From Planococcus maitriensis (lineage in GTDB: Bacteria > Bacillota > Bacilli > Bacillales_A > Planococcaceae), in NCBI RefSeq assembly GCF_003289925.1, contig NZ_QLZQ01000002.1, forward strand, positions 51,282 to 83,281: 32,000 nucleotides of DNA, read 5' to 3'. Within the stretch, counting starts at the first letter, position 1. Each line of letters opens with the position of its first letter. This document shows, piece by piece, positions 8,151 through 16,133 of this stretch. The notes under the pieces are model-generated. The model did no database searches. It worked only from the letters and a program-made list of their open reading frames with translations, and was not told the DNA's origin. A program made the translations under genes and the position numbers.

Positions 8151-8175
8151 ATTCCCTTTCCATCGATTTTGAAAC
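8151..8175 (-). promoter_or_regulatory. Sigma-B-type promoter (GTTTCA-13 nt-GGGAAT)
   Basis: On the minus strand, GTTTCA (8175-8170) is followed by a 13-nt spacer and GGGAAT (8156-8151). The B. subtilis sigma-B consensus is GTTTAA-N12-15-GGGWAT. The -10 lies about 32 nt upstream of the ATG. Confidence 0.5.
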
Positions 8176-8945
8176 TAATCCACCATTCGGTCGCTTCCGA
8201 AGAAGTTGCGGAACATCTGGATGGTGGTATCCCGATTCATGGATGAAATTGAGGTCGTCAATGGAATGCCTTTAGGGCAAGATTCCACACAGTTTTGTGC
8301 CATGCCGCATTCCTGTATCCCTCCAGGGCCCATCAGCAGGTTCAGTCTTTCATCTCTATTCATGGCCCCAGTCGGATGGGCATTCATTAATCGCACCTGG
8401 GAAATCGGGGCTGCCCCGATATAGTCAGTTTTGTCGTTGACGTTCGGGCATACTTCCAAACAAACACCGCAGGTCATGCATTTGGATAATTCGTATGCCC
8501 ATTGCCGTTTCCTTTCGGGCATGCGGGGCCCTTCCCCTAAATCATGGGTCCCATCGATAGGAATCCAGGCTTTTAGTTTCTTTAAGGTATCGAACATGGA
8601 ACTGCGGTCGATAACCAGATCCCGGACGACAGGAAAGCTCTTCATCGGCTGTAGGCGAATGGGTTGCTCCAGTTGATCGACCAGGGCTGTGCAAGCTTGA
8701 CGCGCCTTTCCGTTGATGACCATGGAACAAGCGCCGCATACTTCTTCTAGGCAATTCATATCCCATGAAACCGGGGTGGTTCTTTCTCCATCTATATTGA
8801 TCGGGTTACGCCGGACTTCCATTAATGCAGAAATTACGTTCATGTTCATGCGGTAAGGTAATTCAAATTTTTCCCAATAAGAATCTTCCTCTGGTCGATC
8901 TCGCCGCTCAATTTCAAAAACAACGGTTTTTGCAGGTTCCCCCAT
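8175..8945 (-). CDS. sdhB: Succinate dehydrogenase/fumarate reductase iron-sulfur subunit homolog, stand-alone (no sdhC or sdhA adjacent)
   Basis: All three Cys clusters are present: CLEEVCGACSMVING (2Fe-2S), CMTCGVCLEVCP (4Fe-4S) and CGMAQNCVESCP (3Fe-4S). The full length is collinear with Bacillus-type SdhB. The start is taken at the ATG at 8945 (MGEPAK), preceded by SD AAAGGA 8 nt upstream. The track ORF extends to 9026. Confidence 0.85.
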   Translation of the reverse strand: MGEPAKTVVFEIERRDRPEEDSYWEKFELPYRMNMNVISALMEVRRNPINIDGERTTPVSWDMNCLEEVCGACSMVINGKARQACTALVDQLEQPIRLQPMKSFPVVRDLVIDRSSMFDTLKKLKAWIPIDGTHDLGEGPRMPERKRQWAYELSKCMTCGVCLEVCPNVNDKTDYIGAAPISQVRLMNAHPTGAMNRDERLNLLMGPGGIQECGMAQNCVESCPKGIPLTTSISSMNRDTTIQMFRNFFGSDRMVD

Positions 8946-8997
8946 TACATCCATCCTTTCTTGACCATTCATGTTTTGACCGAAATTGCGTGTTATA

Positions 8998-9026
8998 ATA
9001 CTATCATTAATTATCAGAAATTTCAA
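8998..9026 (-). promoter_or_regulatory. Sigma-A-type promoter for the sdhB-like gene (TTGAAA-17-TAGTAT)
   Basis: On the minus strand, TTGAAA (9026-9021), a 17-nt spacer and TAGTAT (9003-8998), about 50 nt upstream of the start. Confidence 0.45.
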
Positions 9027-9056
9027 TTTAATTAACTGTTTACTGGTTGTCTACTT

Positions 9057-9947
9057 TCATATCGCTTTTCCAGGAATTGCCGCTTCCTGCCGCTTTTCCG
9101 GCCAATTCACCAGGAAGATGCCTGTAAAGATCAATGCACCGCCAATGATGAGCGATACCCCGACCTGCTCCCCTAAGATCAGCCAGCCCGAGATGACACC
9201 GAAAAATGGCGCCAGGAATAAAAACGCGCTCACTTTCCCGGGATTGCCGTTTTGCAGCAGGAAAAACCAAATCGCAAACTGAATGATCGATGCCGGAATC
9301 GCCAGCCAGAAAATGATGAACAGCGATTCGGGATTGATGGCCAGCCGCTGGGTTTCCAACAAGCTGCTCGCCATCAGCAAAATCAAGCCGCCAAACAGCA
9401 TTTGATACGCCGTCAGCACCCACGTATCGAGCCGGATGCCCCAATGCTTGATCAATAAGGTACCAATTGCCCAGGACACGGCGCTGCCGAAGCCGAACAA
9501 CGTGCCGACTTCCAAGTTCACTTGGCTGCCCATCGTGATGAAGACACCGAAAAACCCGAGCAGCACCCCTCCCCATTGAACGATGCGGTAGCGAATGCCG
9601 AGTGCAACTGTGCCGAAAATCACCACCAATAAAGGATTGGTGAACGTCAAAATGGCGGATTCCCCGGCTGTGATCGTCCGAAGGCTCAGGAAAATGCAGC
9701 CCATGACGCCAGCGGTCTGGAAAAAGCCGATGATGAGAATATGAAGCCATTCGGAACGCTGCCGTGGGTGCTTGCGCCGGAACAGCTTGACGAATATGGC
9801 CATCAAGATGCCCGCAATCGTGAAACGGATCCCGACCAACAGCAGCGGCGAGACGTGTTCGAGGCCGATTTTGCCGACCGCAAATGAAGAACCCATCAAA
9901 CTGGTGGTGACGATGACGAGAAACGCGAAAAGGAATTTATGGTTCAC
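9057..9947 (-). CDS. EamA/DMT-family transporter
   Basis: 296 aa with about 10 predicted TM helices in two EamA-like halves. GTG start with SD AGGAG about 10 nt upstream. The alternative-frame ORF 9040-9750 is rejected. Confidence 0.8.
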   Translation of the reverse strand: MNHKFLFAFLVIVTTSLMGSSFAVGKIGLEHVSPLLLVGIRFTIAGILMAIFVKLFRRKHPRQRSEWLHILIIGFFQTAGVMGCIFLSLRTITAGESAILTFTNPLLVVIFGTVALGIRYRIVQWGGVLLGFFGVFITMGSQVNLEVGTLFGFGSAVSWAIGTLLIKHWGIRLDTWVLTAYQMLFGGLILLMASSLLETQRLAINPESLFIIFWLAIPASIIQFAIWFFLLQNGNPGKVSAFLFLAPFFGVISGWLILGEQVGVSLIIGGALIFTGIFLVNWPEKRQEAAIPGKAI

Positions 9948-10100
9948 AGTGCATCAGCTCCTAGCTGCATGAAAGAACTCATCCAAAAATATTCTAAAAG
10001 TTTTGTCTATTGTTCTATCGTATCGCAATTCCGCTCCGTTTTCCTTAACTTCTTTGAAATTGGCCACATTTCATGCATTGCTGGAGGTTAATTTCCCTGC

Positions 10101-10143
10101 AAAAAAACCGGAAGCATCTTTTCGAATGCCGCTCCGGTTTTTT
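10101..10143. terminator. Bidirectional-looking terminator downstream of the VOC gene
   Basis: AAAAAAA, then CCGGAAGCAT...ATGCCGCTCCGG, then TTTTTT: an imperfect stem flanked by an A-run and a T-run. Confidence 0.5.
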
Positions 10144-10158
10144 GCATTGCAAATTCTA

Positions 10159-10554
10159 TTAGTCATCGATCACAAGGAAGTTCCAGCGATGCCCGTCCAC
10201 ATCCGAAAACCCTGCTCCGTACATGCCGTTTCGCTCACCCGGTGGCGCAAAGATGGTGCCGCCTGCCTGTTCGATACGGAAAATGAAGTTATCCACTTCT
10301 TCAGCGGTTTTTGCCGATAGCGAAAACAATACCTCAGAGCCGATCGATGTATCGGCGATAGCTTGCTGCGTAAAGGCTTTAAAGCTTTCTTCCGGAAACA
10401 GCATCACATACAGATGTTGGCCTTCCAAATAAAACGCTGCTTGCTGGCCATTGCTGGAATCCGCTTTTGGCGTCAAAAATCCAGCTTGTTCATAAAAAGC
10501 TGTGGCCGCCTGCAAATCCTTCACCGGCAAATTGATCCACATTCTGCTATCCAT
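10159..10554 (-). CDS. VOC (glyoxalase/bleomycin-resistance/dioxygenase) family protein
   Basis: 131 aa. The pattern MWINLPVKDLQAATAFYEQAGF...GYGAGFSDVDGHRWNF is typical of small VOC proteins. SD GAGGTG lies 7 nt upstream. Confidence 0.7.
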   Translation of the reverse strand: MDSRMWINLPVKDLQAATAFYEQAGFLTPKADSSNGQQAAFYLEGQHLYVMLFPEESFKAFTQQAIADTSIGSEVLFSLSAKTAEEVDNFIFRIEQAGGTIFAPPGERNGMYGAGFSDVDGHRWNFLVIDD

Positions 10555-10759
10555 TAAGCTTCACCTCGTTTCCATCCCTAAGACGAATGCGGAGAGGATT
10601 GTTGAAAATCCTATATGGCCTTTTTCCTTCCTGCCCCCCTTCTGATTGCTCAGCTTCCGTGATTGTTATGTTCCTATTCCCGGCGTGCTTGTTTGCAAAC
10701 TTCTCATACAGGCCGCTAAACACGTGAATATTCCTCTTCCGCAAGCAAGAGCCGCTCCG

Positions 10760-10788
10760 TTGACTTTCCTTAAATGCTGCTTTAATGT
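10760..10788 (+). promoter_or_regulatory. Sigma-A-type promoter for the YeeE-family gene (TTGACT-17-TAATGT)
   Basis: TTGACT at 10760-10765, a 17-nt spacer, and TAATGT at 10783-10788. Confidence 0.45.
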
Positions 10789-10832
10789 AATATTTTATTC
10801 CCTACTATATCACTCAGAAAAGGATGTTTTAC

Positions 10833-12092
10833 ATGACGACTAGCACACGGGTCCAACCCGTCAATGAAGTAAACGATCCCGTCTACCGGGACACGATCGC
10901 CTTGAACGCACCGCAGAAATCCTTGATTGTCGGTGGCATCTCGGTGGCGGCATTGTTGACCGTCTATCTATTGGCTACGCAGCATATCGCACAAACCGTG
11001 CTACTTGGCATCGGGCTGTTACTGGGCTATACCTTATTCCATGCACGGTTCGGCTTTACGTCCGCGTTCCGCCGCTTCATGTCGGTCGGAAACGGACAGG
11101 CGATGCGCTCGCATATGCTCATGTTGGCGGTGGCCGTGACCTTGTTCGCGCCGATTCTGGCGTATGGCTATTCGTTCTTTGGCACCGAAGTGTCAGGCTA
11201 TGTTTCCCCGGTCGGCGTGAGCCTGGTCGTCGGGGCGTTCATCTTCGGCATCGGCATGCAGCTCGGCGGCGGCTGCGCTTCCGGTACGCTGTATGCAATC
11301 GGCGGGGGGCGTTCGGTCATGTTCATCACGCTATTGTTCTTCATTATCGGAACGACGATCGGCGCATATCATCTGCCGTTTTGGACAGAAGATTTGCCGG
11401 CTTTTGAACCGGTGTCACTGGCAACGTCTACAGGGCTTGGCTACGGCGGCGCATGGCTCGTGTCAATTGCGTTGTTTGGGCTCGTTGCCTGGATTACCTT
11501 GATCATCGAGAAAAAGAAACGCGCACCGAAAATGGCGCCGCTTCCGACCACGACGGGATGGCAACGCATTTTCCGCGGGTCATGGCCGTTGTTTGCCGCA
11601 GCGATCGCACTTGCTGTGTTGAACGCGTTAACCTTGCTGACACGTGGAACGCCTTGGGGCATCACCTCCGCATTCGCGTTATGGGGCTCGAAAATCGCTG
11701 AATTCTTCGGCGTGGACGTCGCGAGCTGGGGCTACTGGGAAGGGGCAAACGCAGCGATGCTCGAATCGTCGATTTTCGCTGATTCCACCACGGTGTTGAA
11801 CTTCGGGGTCATCCTGGGCGCCTTTCTCGCTTCAGCAGCGGGCGGTTTGTTCAAGTTCACCAAAATCACGATGGGGAATTTCTGGGCATCCATTGTCGGC
11901 GGCTTGCTGATGGGCTACGGGGCCCGCCTTGCGTTCGGCTGCAACATCGGGGCCTATTTCGGCGGCATCGCTTCATTTAGCTTGCACGGTTACATCTGGG
12001 GCATTCTGGCACTCGCCGGTACGTTCTTCGCTCTGTACTTGCGGCCTTTGTTCGGCCTGTCTGTCCCGAAATCCAACGATTCGGTGTGCTGA
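10833..12092 (+). CDS. YeeE/YedE-family inner-membrane sulfur (thiosulfate-type) transporter
   Basis: Polytopic membrane protein with the two family-typical Cys motifs GGGCASGTLY and FGCNIGAYFGG. The second ATG (10833) is preferred because SD AAAGGA abuts the first ATG (10824). Confidence 0.8.
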   Translation: MTTSTRVQPVNEVNDPVYRDTIALNAPQKSLIVGGISVAALLTVYLLATQHIAQTVLLGIGLLLGYTLFHARFGFTSAFRRFMSVGNGQAMRSHMLMLAVAVTLFAPILAYGYSFFGTEVSGYVSPVGVSLVVGAFIFGIGMQLGGGCASGTLYAIGGGRSVMFITLLFFIIGTTIGAYHLPFWTEDLPAFEPVSLATSTGLGYGGAWLVSIALFGLVAWITLIIEKKKRAPKMAPLPTTTGWQRIFRGSWPLFAAAIALAVLNALTLLTRGTPWGITSAFALWGSKIAEFFGVDVASWGYWEGANAAMLESSIFADSTTVLNFGVILGAFLASAAGGLFKFTKITMGNFWASIVGGLLMGYGARLAFGCNIGAYFGGIASFSLHGYIWGILALAGTFFALYLRPLFGLSVPKSNDSVC

Positions 12093-12108
12093 TCATAATA
12101 AACCATGC

Positions 12109-12140
12109 AAAAGGTGCACCCATTTGGATGCACCTTTTTT
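12109..12140. terminator. Bidirectional terminator between the convergent YeeE gene and the S-box operon
   Basis: AAAAGGTGCA (12109-12118) pairs with TGCACCTTTT (12129-12138), and a T-run follows. The A-run on the left provides a U-tract for the minus strand. Confidence 0.7.
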
Positions 12141-12157
12141 GTTTGGCCGCTGACCGG

Positions 12158-13540
12158 CTAAATTCCGATCGGTACTGCCTGCTTGACGAAGCGGTGGCCC
12201 GGATGTGCCGGGTTCAGCCGGTCCCCTTTTTGGAACAAGTTGTCACGCAATGTCGCCCCTTTGTATTCGGCCTGCACAAGCCCCCGCTCCTGCAGAATCG
12301 GCACCACCAATTCGATGAAGTCGCGGAAGGTGCCCGGGGTGACGGCATAGGCGATATTGAAGCCATCCACGCCAGCTTCCGATACCCAGCGTTCGAGCTC
12401 ATCTGCCACTTGTTCAGGGGACCCGACCGTTACCGGTCCAAGGCCACCGACGCCGACAAAATCCCGGATGTCCTGGACGGTCGGCTGTTTGCCGGGAATG
12501 ATTTTCGTGAAATTCTCTAACGCCGACTGGATGGCGTCATTTTCGATATACTCGAGCTTTTGGTCCGGGGCGTAGCTCGATAAATCGATGCCTGTCCAGC
12601 CGCCAAACAAGGCCAGGGCGCCTTCATGGCTGATGTGCTTTTTGTATTCTTCGTATTTCGCCTGGGCTTGTTCCGCCGTGGGCGCGACGATCGGCGTGAT
12701 CAAGGTCAAAACGAGTACATCCTCGGGCGCCCGGCCTGCATTGATTGCCGAATGGCGGATGTTGTCGACCGAGCGTTTGGCGATTTCAATAGTGGGTGCG
12801 CCGATAAAGACGCATTCGGCATGCTTCCCGGCAAAGGCAGCTCCTTTTTTCGAAGCGCCGGCCTGGAACAAGACGGGCGTGCGCTGCGGCGACGGTTCGG
12901 ATAAATGTGCGCCCGGCACTTGGAAGTATGTCCCCTTGTGCTCGATGTCGTGAACTTTAGCGGGATCTGCGTAAATGCCCGTTTCTTTATCCACGATGAC
13001 CGCATCGTCTTCCCAACTGCCTTCCCAGAGCTTATAGCACACGTCCGCATATTCATCGGCGATGTCATAGCGTACGTCGTGCTTCACTTGTTCGGCGCCG
13101 ATATTCTCCGCGGCGCTTTTCAGGTAGGAGGTGACGATGTTCCAGCCGACACGCCCGTCCGTCAAGTGATCGAGCGTCGACATGCGCCGGGCGAACGTGT
13201 AAGGATGTTCATGCGTCGTCGAGGCGGTGACCCCGAAGCCGAGATGCTTGGTGACGGCGGACATCAATGGCACGACAAGAGCCGGGTCATTGACGGGGGA
13301 CTGGGCGCCTTGGCGCACGGCTGCATCCCTCGAGCCCTGGTAGACATCATACGTGCCGAGTACATCGGCGAGAAACAAGGCATCGAATTTGCCTCGTTCC
13401 AATAATTGTGCGAGTTCAATCCAGTACCGGCTCCCTTTGTATTCGTGCGAGCGGTCTTCCGGGTGTGTCCAAAGCCCGGGCGACTGGTGCCCTGCGCAGT
13501 TCATGTCAAAAGCATTCAAAACGATCCGTTTGTTCGTCAT
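12158..13540 (-). CDS. LLM-class FMNH2-dependent monooxygenase, NtaA/SnaA/DszA (YxeK/YtnJ-like) family
   Basis: About 460 aa. It reads IVLNAFDMNCAGHQSPGLWTHPED...FDALFLADVLG...RRMSTLDHLTDGRVGWNIVTS...YKLWEGSWEDDAV...SPQRTPVLFQAGAS...HAECVF. The start is placed at the second ATG (13540) because SD AGGAGGA abuts the first (13546). Confidence 0.85.
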   Translation of the reverse strand: MTNKRIVLNAFDMNCAGHQSPGLWTHPEDRSHEYKGSRYWIELAQLLERGKFDALFLADVLGTYDVYQGSRDAAVRQGAQSPVNDPALVVPLMSAVTKHLGFGVTASTTHEHPYTFARRMSTLDHLTDGRVGWNIVTSYLKSAAENIGAEQVKHDVRYDIADEYADVCYKLWEGSWEDDAVIVDKETGIYADPAKVHDIEHKGTYFQVPGAHLSEPSPQRTPVLFQAGASKKGAAFAGKHAECVFIGAPTIEIAKRSVDNIRHSAINAGRAPEDVLVLTLITPIVAPTAEQAQAKYEEYKKHISHEGALALFGGWTGIDLSSYAPDQKLEYIENDAIQSALENFTKIIPGKQPTVQDIRDFVGVGGLGPVTVGSPEQVADELERWVSEAGVDGFNIAYAVTPGTFRDFIELVVPILQERGLVQAEYKGATLRDNLFQKGDRLNPAHPGHRFVKQAVPIGI

Positions 13541-13562
13541 CGTCATTCCTCCTTTTTGTGGG

Positions 13563-14096
13563 TTACAGCAGGACTTTCCGTGAAGCGATGGCCGCAGTCA
13601 GTTCCGACAGCTGCCGATCGAGCCGGGCAGAGAGTTCTTCGTCTGTGATCGGGGCATGGGGCTGTGTTTTATCGATTTTGTCGTCGATGATATAAACGCC
13701 TTGCAAGGTTTGCCCTTTCAAGGCCGCGAGCAGCGGCTTGAAGGAATATTCAAGGGCGAGCAAATGATTGGCGCTGCCGCCGGTCATCAGCGGCAGCACC
13801 GGCTTGTCACGGAAGGCATCGCTCGGCAGCAAGTCCAGCAAGGCTTTCAACACCCCGCTGTAGGCTGCTTTGTATACCGGCGAAGCGATGATGATGCCAT
13901 CCGCTTCTTGGATTTGGCGCTGGATGTGCTGGATTTCCGTACTGTTGAAATTGGCACCCGCCAAGTCCGCAGCCGGCACGTCCTGGACGGATACGTAGGC
14001 GGTGTCATGGGACAGGCGATTTCCGGCGGCGCGCAAGACGAGGTCTGACCTTGAATGGGCCGAAGGGCTTCCAGATATCAATAGGATGTTGCTCAT
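13563..14096 (-). CDS. ssuE: NAD(P)H-dependent FMN reductase (SsuE-like)
   Basis: ILLISGSPSAHSRS...ASPVYKAAYSGVLKALLDLLP...LPLMTGGSANHLLALEY closely follows the SsuE pattern. SD AAGGAGAG favours the ATG at 14096 over 14102. Confidence 0.8.
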   Translation of the reverse strand: MSNILLISGSPSAHSRSDLVLRAAGNRLSHDTAYVSVQDVPAADLAGANFNSTEIQHIQRQIQEADGIIIASPVYKAAYSGVLKALLDLLPSDAFRDKPVLPLMTGGSANHLLALEYSFKPLLAALKGQTLQGVYIIDDKIDKTQPHAPITDEELSARLDRQLSELTAAIASRKVLL

Positions 14097-14163
14097 GTTC
14101 ATCTCTCCTTATAGAGGCTTGAATGATGGTTCCGGTGAATGGTTCTTTAGTAAATCCATTTTT

Positions 14164-15915
14164 TTACTTGGGAATGGCCGTAGACAAAGCCGAGTCGCTG
14201 GCGTTTATGACGGGTTCTTCATCGGCATTCCATGTTTTCAGCTGGCGCCGCAAAATTTTGCCGCTGATTTTCGTTTTCGGCAACTCGGCAAGCACTTCAA
14301 TCTCACGGGGGGCTGCATGGGCCGATAGCTGCGAACGGACAAACAGCCGGATCTCTTGAAGCAGCTCAGGGGTATTCTGATATCCGGGCTTTAGCACGAT
14401 GAACGCCTTGACGATCTCACCGCGCAGCGGATCCGGTTTGCCGACGACACCTGCTTCTGCGACCGCCCCGTGTTCCAATAGTTTGCTTTCCACTTCAAAC
14501 GGCCCGATGCGTTCGCCGGAGGAATTGATCATGTCGTCGCTGCGCCCCTGGAAAAAGACGTAACCATCGGCGTCCTGATAGGCGAGATCTCCCGACAGAT
14601 ACCAGCCGTCGAACTGGAAATAGGACCGGTATTTCTCTTCGTTTTGCCACACTTCGCGCATCAGTCCTGGCCACGGGGCGCGGATCGCCAAATGGCCGAT
14701 GTCGCCTGGCGCCTGTTCGATTCCGTCATCATCGAGAATGCGGATGTCGATGCCCGGGAATGGCCGGCCCATCGACCCCGGCTTAATCGGTTCGGACGGC
14801 AAATTGACGATGAGCTGTGCGCCTGTTTCCGTCATCCACCACGTGTCGTGGATGCGCAGGCCGAGCTGTTCGACGCCCCAATAGATCACTTCTGGATTCA
14901 ATGGCTCCCCGACACTGAGCACATGGCGCAGCGTACTGAGGTCGTATCGTCCCACCAGTTCATCCCCTGCCGCTTTTAACATGCGAAATGCGGTCGGGGC
15001 GCTGTACCATACCGTGACACCCGCTTTTTCTATCGCTGCATACCAGGAGTCGGCGTCAAAGCGCCCGCCGTTCACGACGATGGTCGCGCGGTTCAGCCAT
15101 GGCGCGAAAATGGCGTAGACGGTACCCGTCACCCAGCCTGGATGCGCCGTGCACCAATAGATGTCGTCGTCCTTGATGTCCAAGACCCAATGGCCGGTTT
15201 GATACTGATGGATCATCGCCCGGTGTGCATGGACGATTCCTTTTGGCTTGCCGGTGGACCCGCTCGTGTAATGGATATTGAGCGGGGCGTCCAAGTCCAC
15301 CCATTCGGTCGGCGACCCGGAAACGAAGGTATCCGCCAAGATATCGGTCCAGGAAATTTCATTGTCCCGGCATGATTCCGGCCCGGCTGTCACGAATACT
15401 TTCTCGAGAGACGGCAAGTCTTTGCGCGGAACACGCGCAGCAAGGTCTGGATCGGTGATGAGAAAGCGTCCCTTGCAATCATCGATACGGTCACGCACCG
15501 CTTCTTCCATGAATGCTTCAAAGAGCGGCCCGGCGACAGCCCCGATTTTCACTGTTGCGAGCATCGCAATATAGCAATCGGCGTTTTTCGGCAGGAAGAT
15601 GAAAACGATATCGCCCCGCTTGACTCCTTCATTGCGGAAGGCGGTTGCCCAGCGATCGGTCTCCTGTTTCAGCTCGGCGAATGTCCACACCCGCTGATGC
15701 GCGCCCTCAATGTAATGCAGTGCCGGCTTGTGTCCATAGCCATCCTCTACGTGCCGGTCGATGCATTCATGGGCCATGTTGACGCGCTGGGTCTTGCTCC
15801 AGCTGAATTGCCGTTCGGCTTGTTCCCATGAAAACGTGCGGCATGCCTCTTCGTAGTCTGTTAAGTTCGGTGTATTGCCGGCATCCAATGCCGGCGCCAA
15901 TACAGTTTGTCTCAT
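14164..15915 (-). CDS. acsA: AMP-forming acetyl-CoA synthetase-like adenylating enzyme (Bacillus AcsA type)
   Basis: 583 aa with the motifs YTSGSTGKPKG, WWMTETG, YLSGD, GRSDDMINSSGERIGPFEVES and PKTKISGKILRR. It appears collinear with my recollection of B. subtilis AcsA (not alignment-verified). SD AAAGGAGGGG lies 5 nt upstream. Substrate is not established. Confidence 0.8.
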   Translation of the reverse strand: MRQTVLAPALDAGNTPNLTDYEEACRTFSWEQAERQFSWSKTQRVNMAHECIDRHVEDGYGHKPALHYIEGAHQRVWTFAELKQETDRWATAFRNEGVKRGDIVFIFLPKNADCYIAMLATVKIGAVAGPLFEAFMEEAVRDRIDDCKGRFLITDPDLAARVPRKDLPSLEKVFVTAGPESCRDNEISWTDILADTFVSGSPTEWVDLDAPLNIHYTSGSTGKPKGIVHAHRAMIHQYQTGHWVLDIKDDDIYWCTAHPGWVTGTVYAIFAPWLNRATIVVNGGRFDADSWYAAIEKAGVTVWYSAPTAFRMLKAAGDELVGRYDLSTLRHVLSVGEPLNPEVIYWGVEQLGLRIHDTWWMTETGAQLIVNLPSEPIKPGSMGRPFPGIDIRILDDDGIEQAPGDIGHLAIRAPWPGLMREVWQNEEKYRSYFQFDGWYLSGDLAYQDADGYVFFQGRSDDMINSSGERIGPFEVESKLLEHGAVAEAGVVGKPDPLRGEIVKAFIVLKPGYQNTPELLQEIRLFVRSQLSAHAAPREIEVLAELPKTKISGKILRRQLKTWNADEEPVINASDSALSTAIPK

Positions 15916-15941
15916 CAGTGCCCCTCCTTTTATGACCCATA

Positions 15942-16089
15942 CAAAAATCCCCCACTTCCAAGAAGAGGGGGATGTCCTCTTCTCATCTTCCAGCCACTAT
16001 AGGCTGCAGGAAGTAGCACCTGTGCAAGTAATACTTGCCGGTTGCCGGGTTTCATCGGGCCTGGTCCCTCCACCACTCTTGATAAGAAG
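15942..16089 (-). promoter_or_regulatory. SAM-I (S-box) riboswitch, proximal copy, with intrinsic terminator
   Basis: Minus-strand sequence: CTTCTTATCAAGAGTGGTGGAGGGACCAGGCCCGATGAAACCCGGCAACC...AGGTGCTACTTCCTGCAGCC...GGCTGGAAGATGAGAAG. P1 pairs CTTCTTATC with GATGAGAAG, giving an aptamer at about 15979-16089. The terminator ATCCCCCTCTTC-TTG-GAAGTGGGGGAT plus TTTTT spans 15942-15973. An antiterminator could form between GAGAAGAGG and CCTCTTCTT. Confidence 0.9.
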
Positions 16090-16133
16090 TGCTGCTATGT
16101 AATTGTTGAGCTTCGCGCGAATCATGCAGTCAA

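Noticed and set aside
9040-9750. 236-aa minus-strand ORF in an alternative frame of the EamA gene
   Set aside because: The overlapping frame 9057-9947 encodes a coherent 10-TM transporter. This frame gives an R/H/G-rich non-membrane sequence.
10547-10744. 65-aa minus-strand ORF upstream of the VOC gene
   Set aside because: It overlaps the VOC start, has no SD and has no recognisable features. It is probably intergenic.
10783-10815. Possible CymR-type operator (ATTTTATTCCCTACTATATC) at the YeeE promoter
   Set aside because: The resemblance to the CymR consensus as I remember it is partial, and I cannot score it reliably without a matrix.
12905-13405. 166-aa plus-strand ORF, with similar antisense ORFs at 21070-21573, 23124-23603 and 29254-29861
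   Set aside because: All are antisense shadows of strongly supported genes (the monooxygenase, parC, parE and citB).
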